A stretch of DNA of 64,000 nucleotides from Camelus ferus (GCF_009834535.1 NC_045697.1:18974001-19038000), one strand, 5' to 3'; positions 1 through 13,300 are shown, counted from the first letter of the stretch. Notes: a model not told the origin generated them from the sequence alone. Translations and numbers: made by a program.

Positions 1-104
1 CCCTTATCATTATAACATTATGTTGTAATTTTGACTCTTCTATCTATGTATTTCCTTCATTTTATATGAATAAATTACACTAAAAACTATTGAAACCAAA
101 TACC

Positions 105-260
105 ATAGACTGGGAATTAGGAGGACTAATTCAGTCCCTAGATATTTCTGTAATTTTGGCTAAGGCAGTTAACTTGGCCAGATCTCATTTTCTTAATGTA
201 CGAATAAGAAAAATGGATGAAGTTTATCTAAGGTCCCTTCTAGGTCTCAAATTCTCTGAT
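105..260 (+). mobile_element. MIR/MIR3 SINE remnant
   Basis: MIR core-like sequence and 3' end ...ctaaggtcccttctaggtctcaaattctctgat. Confidence 0.55.
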
Positions 261-361
261 ATATTTTTCTTTTTTCTCTAGAAATGAAAGTAGATTTTTG
301 TTAGTAACTCTCTTCTATGTCTAAAGTTAAACATTAAGTTATCCACAATTTTCTGAAGATA

Positions 362-504
362 CATATATATTTTGGGTTTTTTTGGGGGGGTAATTAGGTT
401 TGTTTATTTATTTGTTTATTTATTTAATGGAGGTACTGAGGATTGAACCCAAGATCTCATGCATGCTACACATGCGGTCTACCACTGAGTTATACCCCAA
501 CTCC
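362..504 (-). mobile_element. Camelid tRNA-derived SINE (Vic-1 type)
   Basis: Reverse complement reads GGGGTATAACTCAGTGGTAGA...GCATGCATGAG...TGGGTTCAATCCTCAGTACCTCC...AATAAA...CCTAATTACCCCC (A and B boxes plus tail); 10-bp TSD TCTGAAGATA at 352-361 and 505-514. Confidence 0.88.
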
Positions 505-902
505 TCTGAAGATATCTTTCTTATGGAAGCATACTGTACTAAAATTAGAATTTTAGTGATTTCCTTTTATTAAAATATTTATTTTCTAGCTTGGTCATGA
601 AGCATATTTGTTATTAATTTATAATGAGAAGGATTATAAATGCAATTACAAACAAATTATTATTTAGAATAGCAATTAAAATGAAATTCCCTGTGGGAAT
701 TTATAAGTTATAGCTAATCATGCAGGTATAAATACATGCCTGCAGTATATATTATCTAAAGAAATATTTCCTTTAATTAATTTTACTTTGCTCTTTTATG
801 TTAATATAAATGTAAACCAAGACAACTTTTAAATAACAAAATAAAAGTAATAAATTAAAATTATTCAAACTGTTCTAAAGCAATATTTCTTTATTAAGAC
901 TA

Positions 903-3900
903 GATTTTTTAGAGCAGTTTTAAGTTTACAGCAAAATTGAGGGGAAGATACAGAGATCTCTCATACCTTCTACCCTGACACATGGGTAGCCTCCCCAGTT
1001 ATTAACATCTTCCGCCAGAGTGGTACATTTGTTACAACTGATTGAACTTGTACTGACACATCATAATCACTCAAAGTCCAATGTTCCCATTAAGGTTCAT
1101 CTTGGTGTACTTTCTATGGGTTTGTATGTATAATATTATACATAACATATAATAACATATATGTTATGTATAATATTATAATAACATATAATAACATATG
1201 TATAATAACAGGTAGTGTTTTCACTGCTATAAAAAAATTCTCCTAGCTCCATCCTCCCCTTTTCCCCCAACTCCCCTCTGTCCCCATAGTTTTGCCTTTT
1301 ATAGAACGTCATATAGTTGAATTGTATATTTTGTAGCCTTTTCAGATTGGATTCTTTCACTTAGTAATACATATTTAAGGTTTCTCCATGTCTTTTCATG
1401 GCTTGATAGTTTTCGTTTCTTTTTGGTGCTGAATAATCCATTGTCTGACTGTACCACAGTTTATTCATTCACCTACTGAAGGACACCTTGGTTGCTTTCA
1501 AGTTTTGGCAATTATCAATAAAGCTGTTGTCAACACCTGCATGTAGGTTTTTGTGTGGACACAGTTTTCAGCTCCTTTGGGTAAAAACCAAGGAGCACAA
1601 CTGCTGAACCATATGGTAAGAGAATGCTTAGTTTCGTGAAAACCACCAAACTATATTCCAAAATGGCTCTCCCAATCTGTACTTCCACCAGCAGTGAATG
1701 AGAGCCCTTGTTGCTCCATATCCACAACAGCATTTCGTGTCGTCAGTGCTGGGAATTTTGGCCATCCTACTAGACGTGTAGTGGTATCTCACTGTGGTTT
1801 TAATTTGCATTTCCCTGGTGACATATGGTGTGGAACGTCTTTCATATGCTTATTATCTGTCTATATGTCTTATTTGGTGAAGTGTCTGTTAAGGTCTTTG
1901 GCCCACTTTTTAATTGGGTTTTTTGTTTTCTTAGTGTTGAGTTTTAAGAGTTCTTTGTAAATCTGCAATAACAGTTCTTCATCAGATGTGTCTTTTGCAG
2001 AGCATGGTTTTCAATTTTAATGAAGCCAGGTTAGTCACTATTTCTTTCATGGATCATGTCTTTGGTGTTATATCTAAAAAGACATCACTATACCTGAGGT
2101 CATCTAGGTTTTCTTCTGCTATCTTCGAGGAGTTTTATAGTTTTGCATTTTACATTTAGGTCTGTGATCCATTTTGAGTTAATTTTTGTGAAGGATGAAA
2201 GATGTGTGTCTAGATTAATTTTTTTTGCATGTGAATATCTGTTTCAGTATCATTTGTTGAAAACACTGTCTTTGCTCCTTTGTATTGTGTTTGCTTTTTG
2301 TCAAAGATCTCTTGACTATATTTATGTGGGTCTGTTTCTGGAATCTTTATTCTGTTTTATTGATCTATTTGTTTTTTTGCCACACCACACTGTCTTGATG
2401 ACTGTAGTTTTATAGTAAGTCATGAAGTTGAGTAGTGTGTCAGCTCTCCAACTTTGTTCTTCTCATGCAATGTTGTGTTGGCTATTCTGGGTCTTTTTGC
2501 TTTTCCACATAAACCTCAGAATCAGTCTGTTGATGTTGACAAAACAGCTTACTGGGATTTTGATTAGGATTGCATTGAATCTGTAGATGAAGTTGGGAAG
2601 AATGCATGTCTTTACAATATTGAGTCTTCCTAGACATGAACATGGATATCTATTTATTTGTTTCCTCTTTGATTTTGTCCATCAGAGTTTTATAGTTTTC
2701 CTCATATAGATCTTGTACATATTTTGTTAGATTTATACCTAAGTTGACATCATTTTTGGGTAGTAATATAAATATTTTGTTTTTAATTTCAAATTTCACT
2801 TGTTCATTGCTTGTATATAGGAAATTTAATTTTGTATATTAATCTGATATCTTACAACCTTGCTGTAATTGCTCAGTAGTTTCAGAAGTATTTTGATCTG
2901 GTCTTTTGGATTTTTTACGTAGACAATCATGTCATTTGTAAACAAAGACAGTTTTATTTCTTCCTTCCTGATCTGTATACCTTTTGTTTCCTTTTCTTGT
3001 TGTATATCATTAGTTAGAAATTCCAGCATGATTTTGAAAGGAGTGGTGAGATGGGACACCCTTACCTTGTACCTGATTTTAGGGGAAAAACCTTGAATAT
3101 CTCACCCTTAAGTATGATGTTAGCTGTACATTTTTGGTAAATATTCTTTATTAAATTGAGAAGTTCCCTTCTATTCCTAGTTTACTGAGAGTTTTTATTG
3201 TGAATGTGTGTTAGATTTTTCCAGATGCTTTTTCTGTACCTATTGATATGATCATGTGTTTTTTTCTTTTTTATCCTGTTGATGTGATGGACTACATTAA
3301 CTGATTTTCAAAAGTTGAACCAGTCTTGCAGACTTGGGATAAAATCCACTTAGTTGTGATGTATAATTCTGTGTTTACGTTGTTGGTTTGATTTTGCTAA
3401 CATTTTGCGGAGAATTTTTACGTCTGTGTTCATGAGAGATATTCATCTGTAGTTTTCTTTTCTTGTAATGTCTTTGTCCTGTTTTGGTATTAGGCTAATG
3501 CTGGCTTCATAGAATAAGTTAGGAATTATTCCCTCTGCTTCTGTCCTTTGAAAGAAATTGTAGAGGATTGGTAGAATTTCTTCCTTAAATGTTTGGTAGA
3601 ATTCACCAGTGAACCCCTCTGGGCCTGTTAACTGTCTGTTTTGAAAGGATATTAGTTGTTAAATCAATTGCTTTAATAGATACAGGCCTATTCAGATTGT
3701 CTGTTTCTTCTTGTGTGAATTTTGGCAAATTGTTTTGTGAAGTAATTGATCCATTTTACCTGGATTATCAAATTTGTGGGCAGATTATTCATTTATCCCT
3801 TTCATAGTTCATAGTATTCCTTTATTATCTTTTTTAATGTCCACATGATCTGTAGTGATGTTTCTTCTTTCATTTCTGATTTGGGTAAGTTGTGTCCTTT

Positions 3901-4615
3901 CTGTTTTTTTTTTTTCAGTTAGCCCGGCTAGAGGCTCACCAGTTTGATTGACCTTTTCAAAGAACCAGCTTTTGGTTTCGATGATTTTTCTGTTTTGATT
4001 TCCTGTTGTTAATTTCATTTATTTCTGTTCTAAGTCATATCATTTCTTTTCTTCTGCTTACTTTCAATTTAATTTGCCTTTTTCTAGTTTCCTAGAGTAA
4101 AAACTAAGATTATTGATTCTAGATCTTTCTTGTTTTCTAATAATATGCATTCAGTTTTATAAATTTCCCTCCAAGCACTACTTTTACCGCATCCCATGAA
4201 TTTTACTAAGCTACATTTTCATTTAGTTCAATGTATTTTAAAATTTCTTTTGAGATTTCTTCTTTGACCCATGTGTTTTTTAGAAGTATGTTGTTTAATC
4301 ACTATGTATTTGGGGGTTTCCAATTATCTTTCTATTATTGACTTCTAGTTTAATTCCACTGTGGTCCGAGAGCTGACATTGTATGATTTCTGTTCTTTTA
4401 AATTTGTTAAGGTTATGTTTTATGACCCAGAATGTGGTCTATCTTGGTGAATGTTCCATGTGAACTTGAGAAATATGTATATTCTGTTGTTGTTGGATGA
4501 AGTAATAAATAGATGTCCATTGTATCAAGTTAACCGATGGTATTGTTGAGTTCAACCTTGACCTTACTGATTTTCTGCCTCCTGAATCCATTTCTGATAG
4601 AGAAGTATTGAAGTT
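903..4615 (-). mobile_element. L1 (L1MC1-like 3' end plus decayed ORF2), antisense
   Basis: 3' UTR ttagagcagttttaagtttacagcaaaattgag...; minus-strand ORF fragments with L1 ORF2 motifs ([39 protein letters not shown]); many stops and frameshifts. Confidence 0.9.
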
Positions 4616-4619
4616 TTAT

Positions 4620-5765
4620 TTCAACTGGAAGTGCATGGTATACTTAGTAAATGATGTGGATAACAATTTTTGAAAGAAAACAGTCAGACCTTTCCTACCA
4701 TATATAAAAATAAGTTCCAGGTAGATTATAAGTATTTAAATTAAAACATAGCAATTTTAGGAAGATATTTTTGTAAACATGTAGTGTAGGAGAGGCTTGT
4801 GTAAGGCAAGAAGCCTAGAACATAAAGAATTTTTTAAAAGATTTTTTTTAAAACTTTGCCAATGTGAACCATAAACAAAAATCAAATAACAACACAATTT
4901 AATTTGAAGAAAAAGCTTTTGTAACACAAATGACAAAGGGATAATCCTACTTATAAAAAAGAGTCTGACAAATTACTAAAATAAATATAATCTAGAGGAA
5001 AATAGGTAAATCATTGAAGTGGAAATTCAAATGGCTGATAAGCATATGAAAGAATGTTCAACTTTACTGGTATTTGAGAAAGTGCAAATTAATACAACAA
5101 TATGATAAGCCATTTTTTATCCATGGAAAAGTTAAAATGATGAGGATATAGGTAAACTTTTACTCTCATGGGGTGCTGGTGGGAATTTGAATTGATGCTT
5201 TTTTGGAAAGTAGGCAGTCTGTAGTACAACTAAAGATATATGTAGCCTTCAGCCTTCAATCCTAATGTTGCCAGTGTATCGCATAGACACAAAAGCATAT
5301 GTGCATGGGGATATTTATTGCAGTATTTGTTGTGACAAACAACTAGAAACAACCTGAATATCCATCTATAGGGGGATGGTTAAATAAATTGTGATACACT
5401 GGCAGCACTGCTTTAAAAATATTAAAGTGTATGTAGTTATTAAAAAGAATAAGATAGATATATATTTGTTGACAGAGATGACATATCACTGGAAGCTGAA
5501 TAATAAATATAGAGTGATTCCATTTTATGCTAAAAAACCATAACTAAAATCCCTAACTATGATATATGTTTGTATAAGCATGAAGAAAATTATGGAAAAA
5601 CACAAATTATAATAATGTTATAGATACAACATAAATAAAATGTTTCTTCAGGGAGGTGGGATGGAAGAAAGAAAGATTATTAGCTTTTTCTTTATCCAGC
5701 TTCAGACTGCCTCACTTATTTTAATGGTCATATATCATTTTTTAATTTTAAACTTACTGTATTTT
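4620..5765 (+). mobile_element. Old L1 (L1ME-like) 3' fragment
   Basis: A-rich L1 ORF2-end and 3' UTR signature (aagcatatgaaagaatgttcaact..., aaacaacctgaatatccatc). Confidence 0.75.
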
Positions 5766-6847
5766 TAAAAAGAGACATGACTCTAAGCTTCTCAACTTTT
5801 CCACTACGTTCACTAGAAAACATTAAAGTATAATACTATGCCCTTTGCCAGTTGTCAAGGATTGGTATTTGAATTAGGTGTTGTTCCTGCCTTTAAAAAT
5901 GTTCTTTTACTCTAGCCAGAGAGATGAATTTAATGTATACAATAGAGTAAATAAAATAGTAAATTATTTTGCTCAGGTAAGAAGTCAAAACATCATCATA
6001 AAAAAAAAAGAAATCAAAACATCATGAATGAGAACAAAGTAAGGCTTTTTATTTAAAATTAAAGTGACTAAAAATAGCCAGTAAATCCCCAGATTATCTT
6101 GAGGCAAAGAGCACTTTGACTCAAATCAGAGAACTGTGTATTAAGAGTCTTTTCAAGGCAAATAAATCATATTTCAGGAAAAATAGGGTTGGGAATCACT
6201 CTGCCAAGGCAGCTGCGTTCAACAGATATTCTTCTTTGTCCCAGATGACCCTGTTTCACACCTCTTGCTTGTTTGAGGGAGTATCTTCAGAAAGAATCAC
6301 ACAGACTGGTGTGTACTGATGGAGCCTAGCAGTATGGGTCTGGGCAGAAACCAGGGCTCGAGTGCCTGGGAGATGGCTGGAGGGTTTGGGAGGAACACAG
6401 GGATCAGCTAAAGTAATGAGATGATATTTCCATCTCTTTAACACAGCTACTACCCTCTTACTCTTAACCTTCTTCTTCTTTTTTTTTTTCTAACCTTTAT
6501 TATGAATGCCTGACCCGCTATTAATCTGATGCTTAACTGGATTACATCTTAAATCTCTCCTCCCTCTTTCCCTTCCTCTGGCTTTCCTTCTTTTCCTTCC
6601 CTCCCCTTTTCTCTCCTTCCTGTCTTTCCTCTCTTCCTTCTATTTCTTATTCTCTATTAAATTAAACATTAGCGTAGGCATATCACTGTTTAGAGTTAAT
6701 CAGGTTTTCTATTGCTGTAGTACCATATTCTATTATTTTTTAAAACCTGACTTTTTTTCTTATGCTATTTGATTGCTTTTACTACCTCAGGGATGATTTA
6801 GTATGTTTAAATTTTTTTTATTTTATAGTAATTAAGGTTTTAGAAAG

Positions 6848-7052
6848 ACAGTATAGGGTAGTCATTCTAGGTTTTTATATAGATTCTGGGGCCAGGTTTC
6901 CTGGGATCAAATCTTACTACCTTTGTAGTCTTGGACAGCAAGTTGAACTGTTTTATTCTGTTGGCATGGGTTTAAATAGATTAAGCCATGTATAGTGGGT
7001 AAAACAGTTCCTGGAACCTAATAATTACTTAATAAGCACTGTGTTTGCTATT
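6848..7052 (+). mobile_element. MIR remnant
   Basis: cctgggatcaaatct... and MIR 3' end-like sequence. Confidence 0.55.
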
Positions 7053-7310
7053 AAAGTTAAATTACAGTTAATCAGTTTAGCAAGCATTGATTGAATGCCC
7101 ACCACGTGTCAGATTTGATCCTAACTGATGGGATTAGGATACACATTGAGCATCCACTGTTGGCCAGACATAGAGACTGTAGCGAGTAAAATAAAGTCCT
7201 TATCCTCTAGTGTTTATAGTCCTAGAGGATACTACTTATTAAAGTTTGAGGCTGACTTTATAAATGTGATTGATTTTTAATGTTTTTGTTTGTTTTATTT
7301 TTAAATCTAG

Positions 7311-7385
7311 GACATCTTGTATTATGAGCAGCTTAAGACAAATGTGATACAACATGACCTTTTGGTGGACAGTCTAATTTATAAA
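7311..7385 (+). CDS. TBC1D19: TBC1D19 coding exon (75 nt, phase 0-0) [25 protein letters not shown]
   Basis: T-rich tract ...aaatctag acceptor, AAA|gtaagt donor, open frame. Confidence 0.95.
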
Positions 7386-10300
7386 GTAAGTACAAGTGTA
7401 CATAGTTTTTCCATTTCTTTAAAATCAGTAAGCAATTATTGAGAGTTTTCAACATTCAGGGACTGCATTATATATGATGATACCTATTAGCCTTGAAAAA
7501 TAATTTTAAGTGATCATTATACTTTATAAGTTTAGTTTGACCTTCAAAATTTGTAGTTTCCATTCAATGTTATTTTTTTCCTCTTTGAAGCTAACCTCTC
7601 AAGATCCTTGCCTGGCCCTCCCATTTTTGGATTAAGAGAATGATAAGCATTCCTTGTCCTTATAAATACAAGTTTTTCACAGACTAAAAAAGCAACTAAA
7701 AGGAAAACTAGACTATGGAACTTTTATCTTATTTATCTCATGATTCTTTAGGGCCTACTTATTTATTTGTTTTATTATGTTGAAGTCATGTTTTATTTTT
7801 AATTTATTCTACTTTCACACCATATAATTAAGCACATCTCAAGTTTTAGATAGGGATACATTGAGGTTTTGTTCCTAGACATCTGATATTAAGTTGAGAG
7901 TCAAGATGTAGATGCTGAAAGCATGATGTAGGATATGACTGATTCTAGATTAATAATTGGGTTGTTTATTGACTGTCCTGTATAATTGGATTACCACATT
8001 CTGTTGATTCTTTTTTTGTGGTTGGCTTTATTCCTCTGATAATTTTGTAAGTTTGAAAAGCTAAAGCTCTAACCTGTTCTTAGAAACAATGATCAGTGTA
8101 TATATATATGTATATGTATCTCAATAAACTAAAAAAAGTGCAGTATATTGTATATATGTATTTACATGCAATATAATGTATATGTGTAAACTGTAATTCT
8201 ACCTAATGAAACTGAAAAAGGAAAAATTTTTTTAAATAATTGGGTTGTTTTAAAAATAAATTTTAGATTTAGAATTTGTAACATAGAGGAGTCGGTCATA
8301 TATTCCAGATCTCAGAAACAGGGGACAGAAGATTACACATTGAGAATTTAAAGATTTGTCTCAGGAGAACATGGCCAAGGTTAATAATAATGACTACTAG
8401 CATTTAATGATTGCTTACTATGTGCCATATGTTGTTCCAAACTCTTTCCATAAATTGTCATTTGATTCTGACAGCTACCTTAAGGGTACTATATATACAA
8501 GCATCTGGGCTGTAAATGATAAATGCATTGTTTTTTCTTGGAAAAACACGTGTATTCTGCAAAATCATGCATTAAAAATAATGTTTATGGGGGAAATAGT
8601 ATTGGGGTAGCTTTCGCAACTTTGTAACCAGAGTGCTAACAAAAACAAGAATTCATAGCTGGGGATATGAACTGGACAGCTTAGGCAGGCTGCTTCTGCA
8701 GGAGCTATTAAAAATGTACAAAAATAATGAAGTGTAAATGCTAAAATAATGCAGATAGAAGTGGTGCGCTGGGCCACTGAGGCTGCTGTTCAAGTGGGTG
8801 CAAGAGGAAATGCAGCAGCAAAGAGATGTGCAAGGCTAGGGGATGTGCTTCTCCAGAGTGGGGGCCCCCAGTGCACTCATTCATTTTTCATTTTCCTGAA
8901 ATACAGTTATAAGGGCTCATGCCTGTGCAGCAGCTGAGCTGAAGGCTTTTTCCTTTCCTACTGGAGGTTATAATTCTACTCCTGCTGTTCTGGCTCTTCT
9001 TTTTTAAAGAAAAATCACATATGAACCAACACTATTTCTAAGTGATACTGACATCTTTCCCTTACTCACCAGCCACATATTGATACATGTGTTACAGCAA
9101 AACAGGAAGTACTGTCACTTCACCATTGTACAGATGAGGGAAGCAAGGTAAAGAAATATTAAAGAAATGTGTTTAAATTTCACATATTAAGTAGCAAAGC
9201 CAAGATTTGAACCTAGGTAATCTGACTTCACAATCGTACCTTTAACCACTTTGCTCTACAGGGAGGAAAGATGAAAGTGAAGAGAATGCAAGATGTTTTC
9301 ATCAAAAGTCTTGACTCTCACAGAGGTTTTACATAGATTTAGATCACAGATACTACTGTTAACTTTGAGGTCAAATGATCGTGCTCAGAGGATTATTTTA
9401 GCAACAGCCTACAAGATCTTTGGGCTTTAAGACCTTCAACCTCTTTTCTGTTCAAATGAGAGAAGGCTCACAAGAGAAGTTCAGAAAATCGAAGAGTGCT
9501 AGCATGAGAGTTCTCTTGGCTGCCAGCATGAATTTCCACTAGAATCAGTAAAGAAAATCTGCTGTGAGAAAGAGATGGACAGTTTGTATCTGAAGAATTG
9601 ACTATAAATTTTGGTAGAATCAATCCTGACTGTCCAGAACATGAGTGTTTTTAGGAAGATCTCTGTCTCTAGTTGTTCCTGACTTGTGTTAGTTGAGCTC
9701 TGCTATCTTGTTGGAGCAACTCCAAACGTTATTAAAGTCAGCCCTTGAGGGAATGAACGTTTTAAAAAATTATTTGAAGGTTCATTACAACTCCCTTTGG
9801 CAAAGACTCATTCTTAATTTAACTGAAACTAAAGTAGAATTATTTTAGTGGTTAAAGAAATGAATGAAAGAAACACAGCAGTGCTTAAATACAGAACACC
9901 AAGCCCTCCTTAAGCTAAAATATTAAATGGTCTTCTCTGGACTACATATTTTTTTCTACAAACCTGCTTTGAATCCACACCATCTACAGTTTTCCACTAC
10001 TTACTATGATCTGACAGTTTATGCCAGTGTTTCTCAACTTTTTCTTCATTATTATACCCCTAAAGAGAAAAAATTCTTTAATATAAAAAATGAAATACTA
10101 AAGAATAAGATTTTGTTGGGTAGGGATAAGCTTTGGAGGTCCACAAACCATTGTACTATGTAAAAATTTTGGGTTCCCAGGACCCAATTCCCACCCCCTT
10201 AGAGGCAATACTATCCCTGTTGAGACTGCATGATCTCTACGGCTGCCTATGTTGTGATTTAGACTGGCTCCTTTCCCTTCTCTTAATCTGTGTCTTTCAG

Positions 10301-13300
10301 TTTTTCCAGATTTAGCACACATCCACTGCCTCCGAAGTCATCCATAATTCATTTCATTCTCTCCTAATTGCTGCTTTGATTAACAGCCCAATTGAATTTT
10401 GTAGGCTGAGCAATATTATCATGGATTTCTGCTATATTTCTTTGTAATTGTTCCAGTATTTCTACTATGTATATTTTCTTGCTGGTGAGATTGAAATAAA
10501 CATTGTCTTTGTTTGTTTGGCAAGCGATGACTTGCAAGTGAATAATCACAAAAACACAAAAGATTTTTGGTATTTTGAGGGAATGGCAAGAATGTGGACT
10601 TGAACAGTGGAGGATGAGATTGGAACAATAATTTGAGGCCAGATTGTTATAGTTGCTTTTGGATGTTATGTTTACATCTGTTTTTCTAATTTCAAGAGAC
10701 CTAAATATTATATTTAAAGGGGATAAAATTGAAATAAATAATAAAGAAGTACTAATGGAACCAAAAACGTCTGAACAATTTGAGGTCAAATAATGTATCT
10801 CATATATTAGTTGAGTAAATTTATAAGTTTGCGTGTGATAAGTACAGTGATAAAATCTAATTGAAACATTTATAGTCATACCTAAAGTAATCAAATCATT
10901 GCAGTATTATTTCTAGATGTTGCTTTTATGTCTTAGTACTATAGACACATTCATTTAGGTTTTTTTCATTGCTCTCTACTTTTAATTATAGGATGTGAAG
11001 TTGACAGCAAGCAATGATGATTATTATTTTGTATTTGAAGATTATTTATATCAGGTAAGTTGAAAAATTAAAATGTATAGTTCTTGTTTTAAATTCTCTA
11101 ACTCAAGATACTTTAGAAAATACCTGTGTTGTTAACTAAATCCTCCTGAAGTCCAAGCCATGTTTATTATCAAATTAAATGTTCTAAGTTTGGGATAAGG
11201 TTAACTTTTGTTCTTATGTGGGACTAGGTGGAAGAATAAGAGCTACATGTCTTCTCCAGCCAGGAGAGGTAAAGGCACAGATTCTTAAATTCAACGTCAG
11301 ATTCATGTTTAAGCCATCCCAAGATGTTTAGAGAAAGCATTTTATTGATACTTTTCTATTAAAGGTATTGAATAAATAATTAAATGTCTTGAAATCAGTT
11401 TGAAGTGTTATGATTCAAGCATTTTGACTCTTTGATCATTTTCATATGCTGATATTGTAGATGTTTAGATTTACCTAGATCTTTTTCATATCTACTAAAA
11501 TAGAAACATCTTAATCACAAATAGGAAATATGTAGTTTATGTAGAATTGCCTAAATGATATCCTCTTTTAAAAGATCACACATAGATAGATAGATTAATA
11601 ATTTGATTTTGAGTGAATATCAATATGTGTTGTGGAGAAAATGTCTAGATTCCACATGGTAACTCCTGCTTGATTAAATGTAAATCAGTCCCAGCTGTTT
11701 GGATTAGCAGGTTTCTGATTGGTAATAGTGGCGGTGATTATGCATCTGTTTAAGAAAAAAAGAGTTAAATGAGAATCTCTCAAGCAGGTTTAATTAATCA
11801 TACATTCCAAGAACTGAAGTCCAAAGACTTTATAAAATTTATTTGTAAAATTAAAGTTTGAAATAACCCTGGAAACAATGTTAAGGAAATTTCCAGTGAT
11901 TTCAAATATACCATTAATTTTTTTATTTTAAAAAATAGTAAAGATTTAAAATCCCATTCTTTAATATAGTTATTAATTAAAAGTTGGAAAATACAAAAAT
12001 CTGAAAGTTTATTTTTTTATGTAGGTAATATGTAGCCTGGTACTTTGCTTAGTACTCAGTAAAATTTTGAATGTACAATAAAGTTAATTCTTTATTTATA
12101 TAGTTTCTGTACTTAACTATATTGAGTGGAAATTACCACTTTTGGAATAGTAACATAGGGAGGCCCACAGAACCATTCCTAGTAGAAAAATCATAACTGG
12201 TGAAAATTATTTTAAAAAAAATTTAAACTATCTGGAAACTGTTTTAAGGTCATACATGAAGTCACCAAATTAAAAAAAAATATTATTCAAGAAAAGCTAC
12301 TGAATCTCAGTAAGAACAGTCTGTAGCCCTGAAACCATGATGCACTTTCTCCCCTCATAGCCCCCAGATCAGCATGATGGGAGCTTCAATCCAGCTTGAG
12401 TGTGGCCAGGAAGAAGGGGTTCCCTTTCCCTGTAACTTCTAGTCAAGGGCTACAGTATCTCTGCAGGAGGGGCGGGTGGCCAGTATTTCTCATGCTCTTC
12501 AGCTCTGTGTTACAGATGCTAAATTGCAGGAGAATGCTGCCAAGAAGTCAGGGGCTCCCTGCTTCCACTCATAGGGCAGACTTTTGTTGAGAGCAGGAAT
12601 GAGTAACCTCCATATCGTTTTCCATAGTGGTTGTACCAACTTGCATTCCCACCAACAGTGCACTAGAGTTCCCTTTCTCCATACCCTTGCCAACACTTGT
12701 CTTTTTTGGTGGGGGGGGGGGGCTGGTATTTTTGATGGTAGCCATTTGAACAGGTATAAGGTGATAACATATTGTGGTTTTGATTTGCATTTCCCTGATG
12801 ATTAGTGATGTTGAGTATCTTTTCACGTACCTGTTGGCCATTTGTATGTCTTCTTTGGAAAAACTTCTATTCAGTTCCTTTGCCCATTTTTTCAGTTGGG
12901 TTGTTTGTTTTTTCCTATTGGATTGTATGATTTCTTAATATATTTTGTATATTAACCCCTTATCAGATATATGATTTGTAAATATTTTCTCCTATTCCAT
13001 AGGTTGCTTTTTCACGTTATTTCTATTGTGTGTTTGCGTGCACCCGCATGTGTGTTTATGTATGACATAAGAAAGAAGAAAGCCTTTTCTTGTCACTAAT
13101 TATAGGCTTTCCTTTGTCAGAGCTGTCTAGCAACACAACTGCTCTATAGGGAAACTGTTGATGATAATGGAGAGAACTTAATATTTCTGGTCATGCTCTT
13201 GGTCATAACACATTTATTGAGTTTTGTGATGAGACTACAAAATTAGATGGCGTATGGCATTGCTGTTGTCTGTATATAAATGAGAAGACATCCAGTAATC

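Noticed and set aside
1125..1210. Short AT-rich tandem repeats resembling a spaced array
   Set aside because: Low-complexity slippage duplication inside an L1 3' UTR with no unique spacers; eukaryotic context, not CRISPR-like.
903..4615. L1 ORF2-like peptides as an active retrotransposon
   Set aside because: Fragmented by many stops and frameshifts, and no intact 5' UTR or ORF1.
10364..10894. 176-aa minus-strand ORF
   Set aside because: AT-rich intronic sequence partly overlapping an L2-like remnant, antisense to TBC1D19, with no recognisable motif.
12708..12726. Poly-G run as a functional G-quadruplex
   Set aside because: Homopolymer expansion inside a decayed L1 fragment with nothing else pointing to function.
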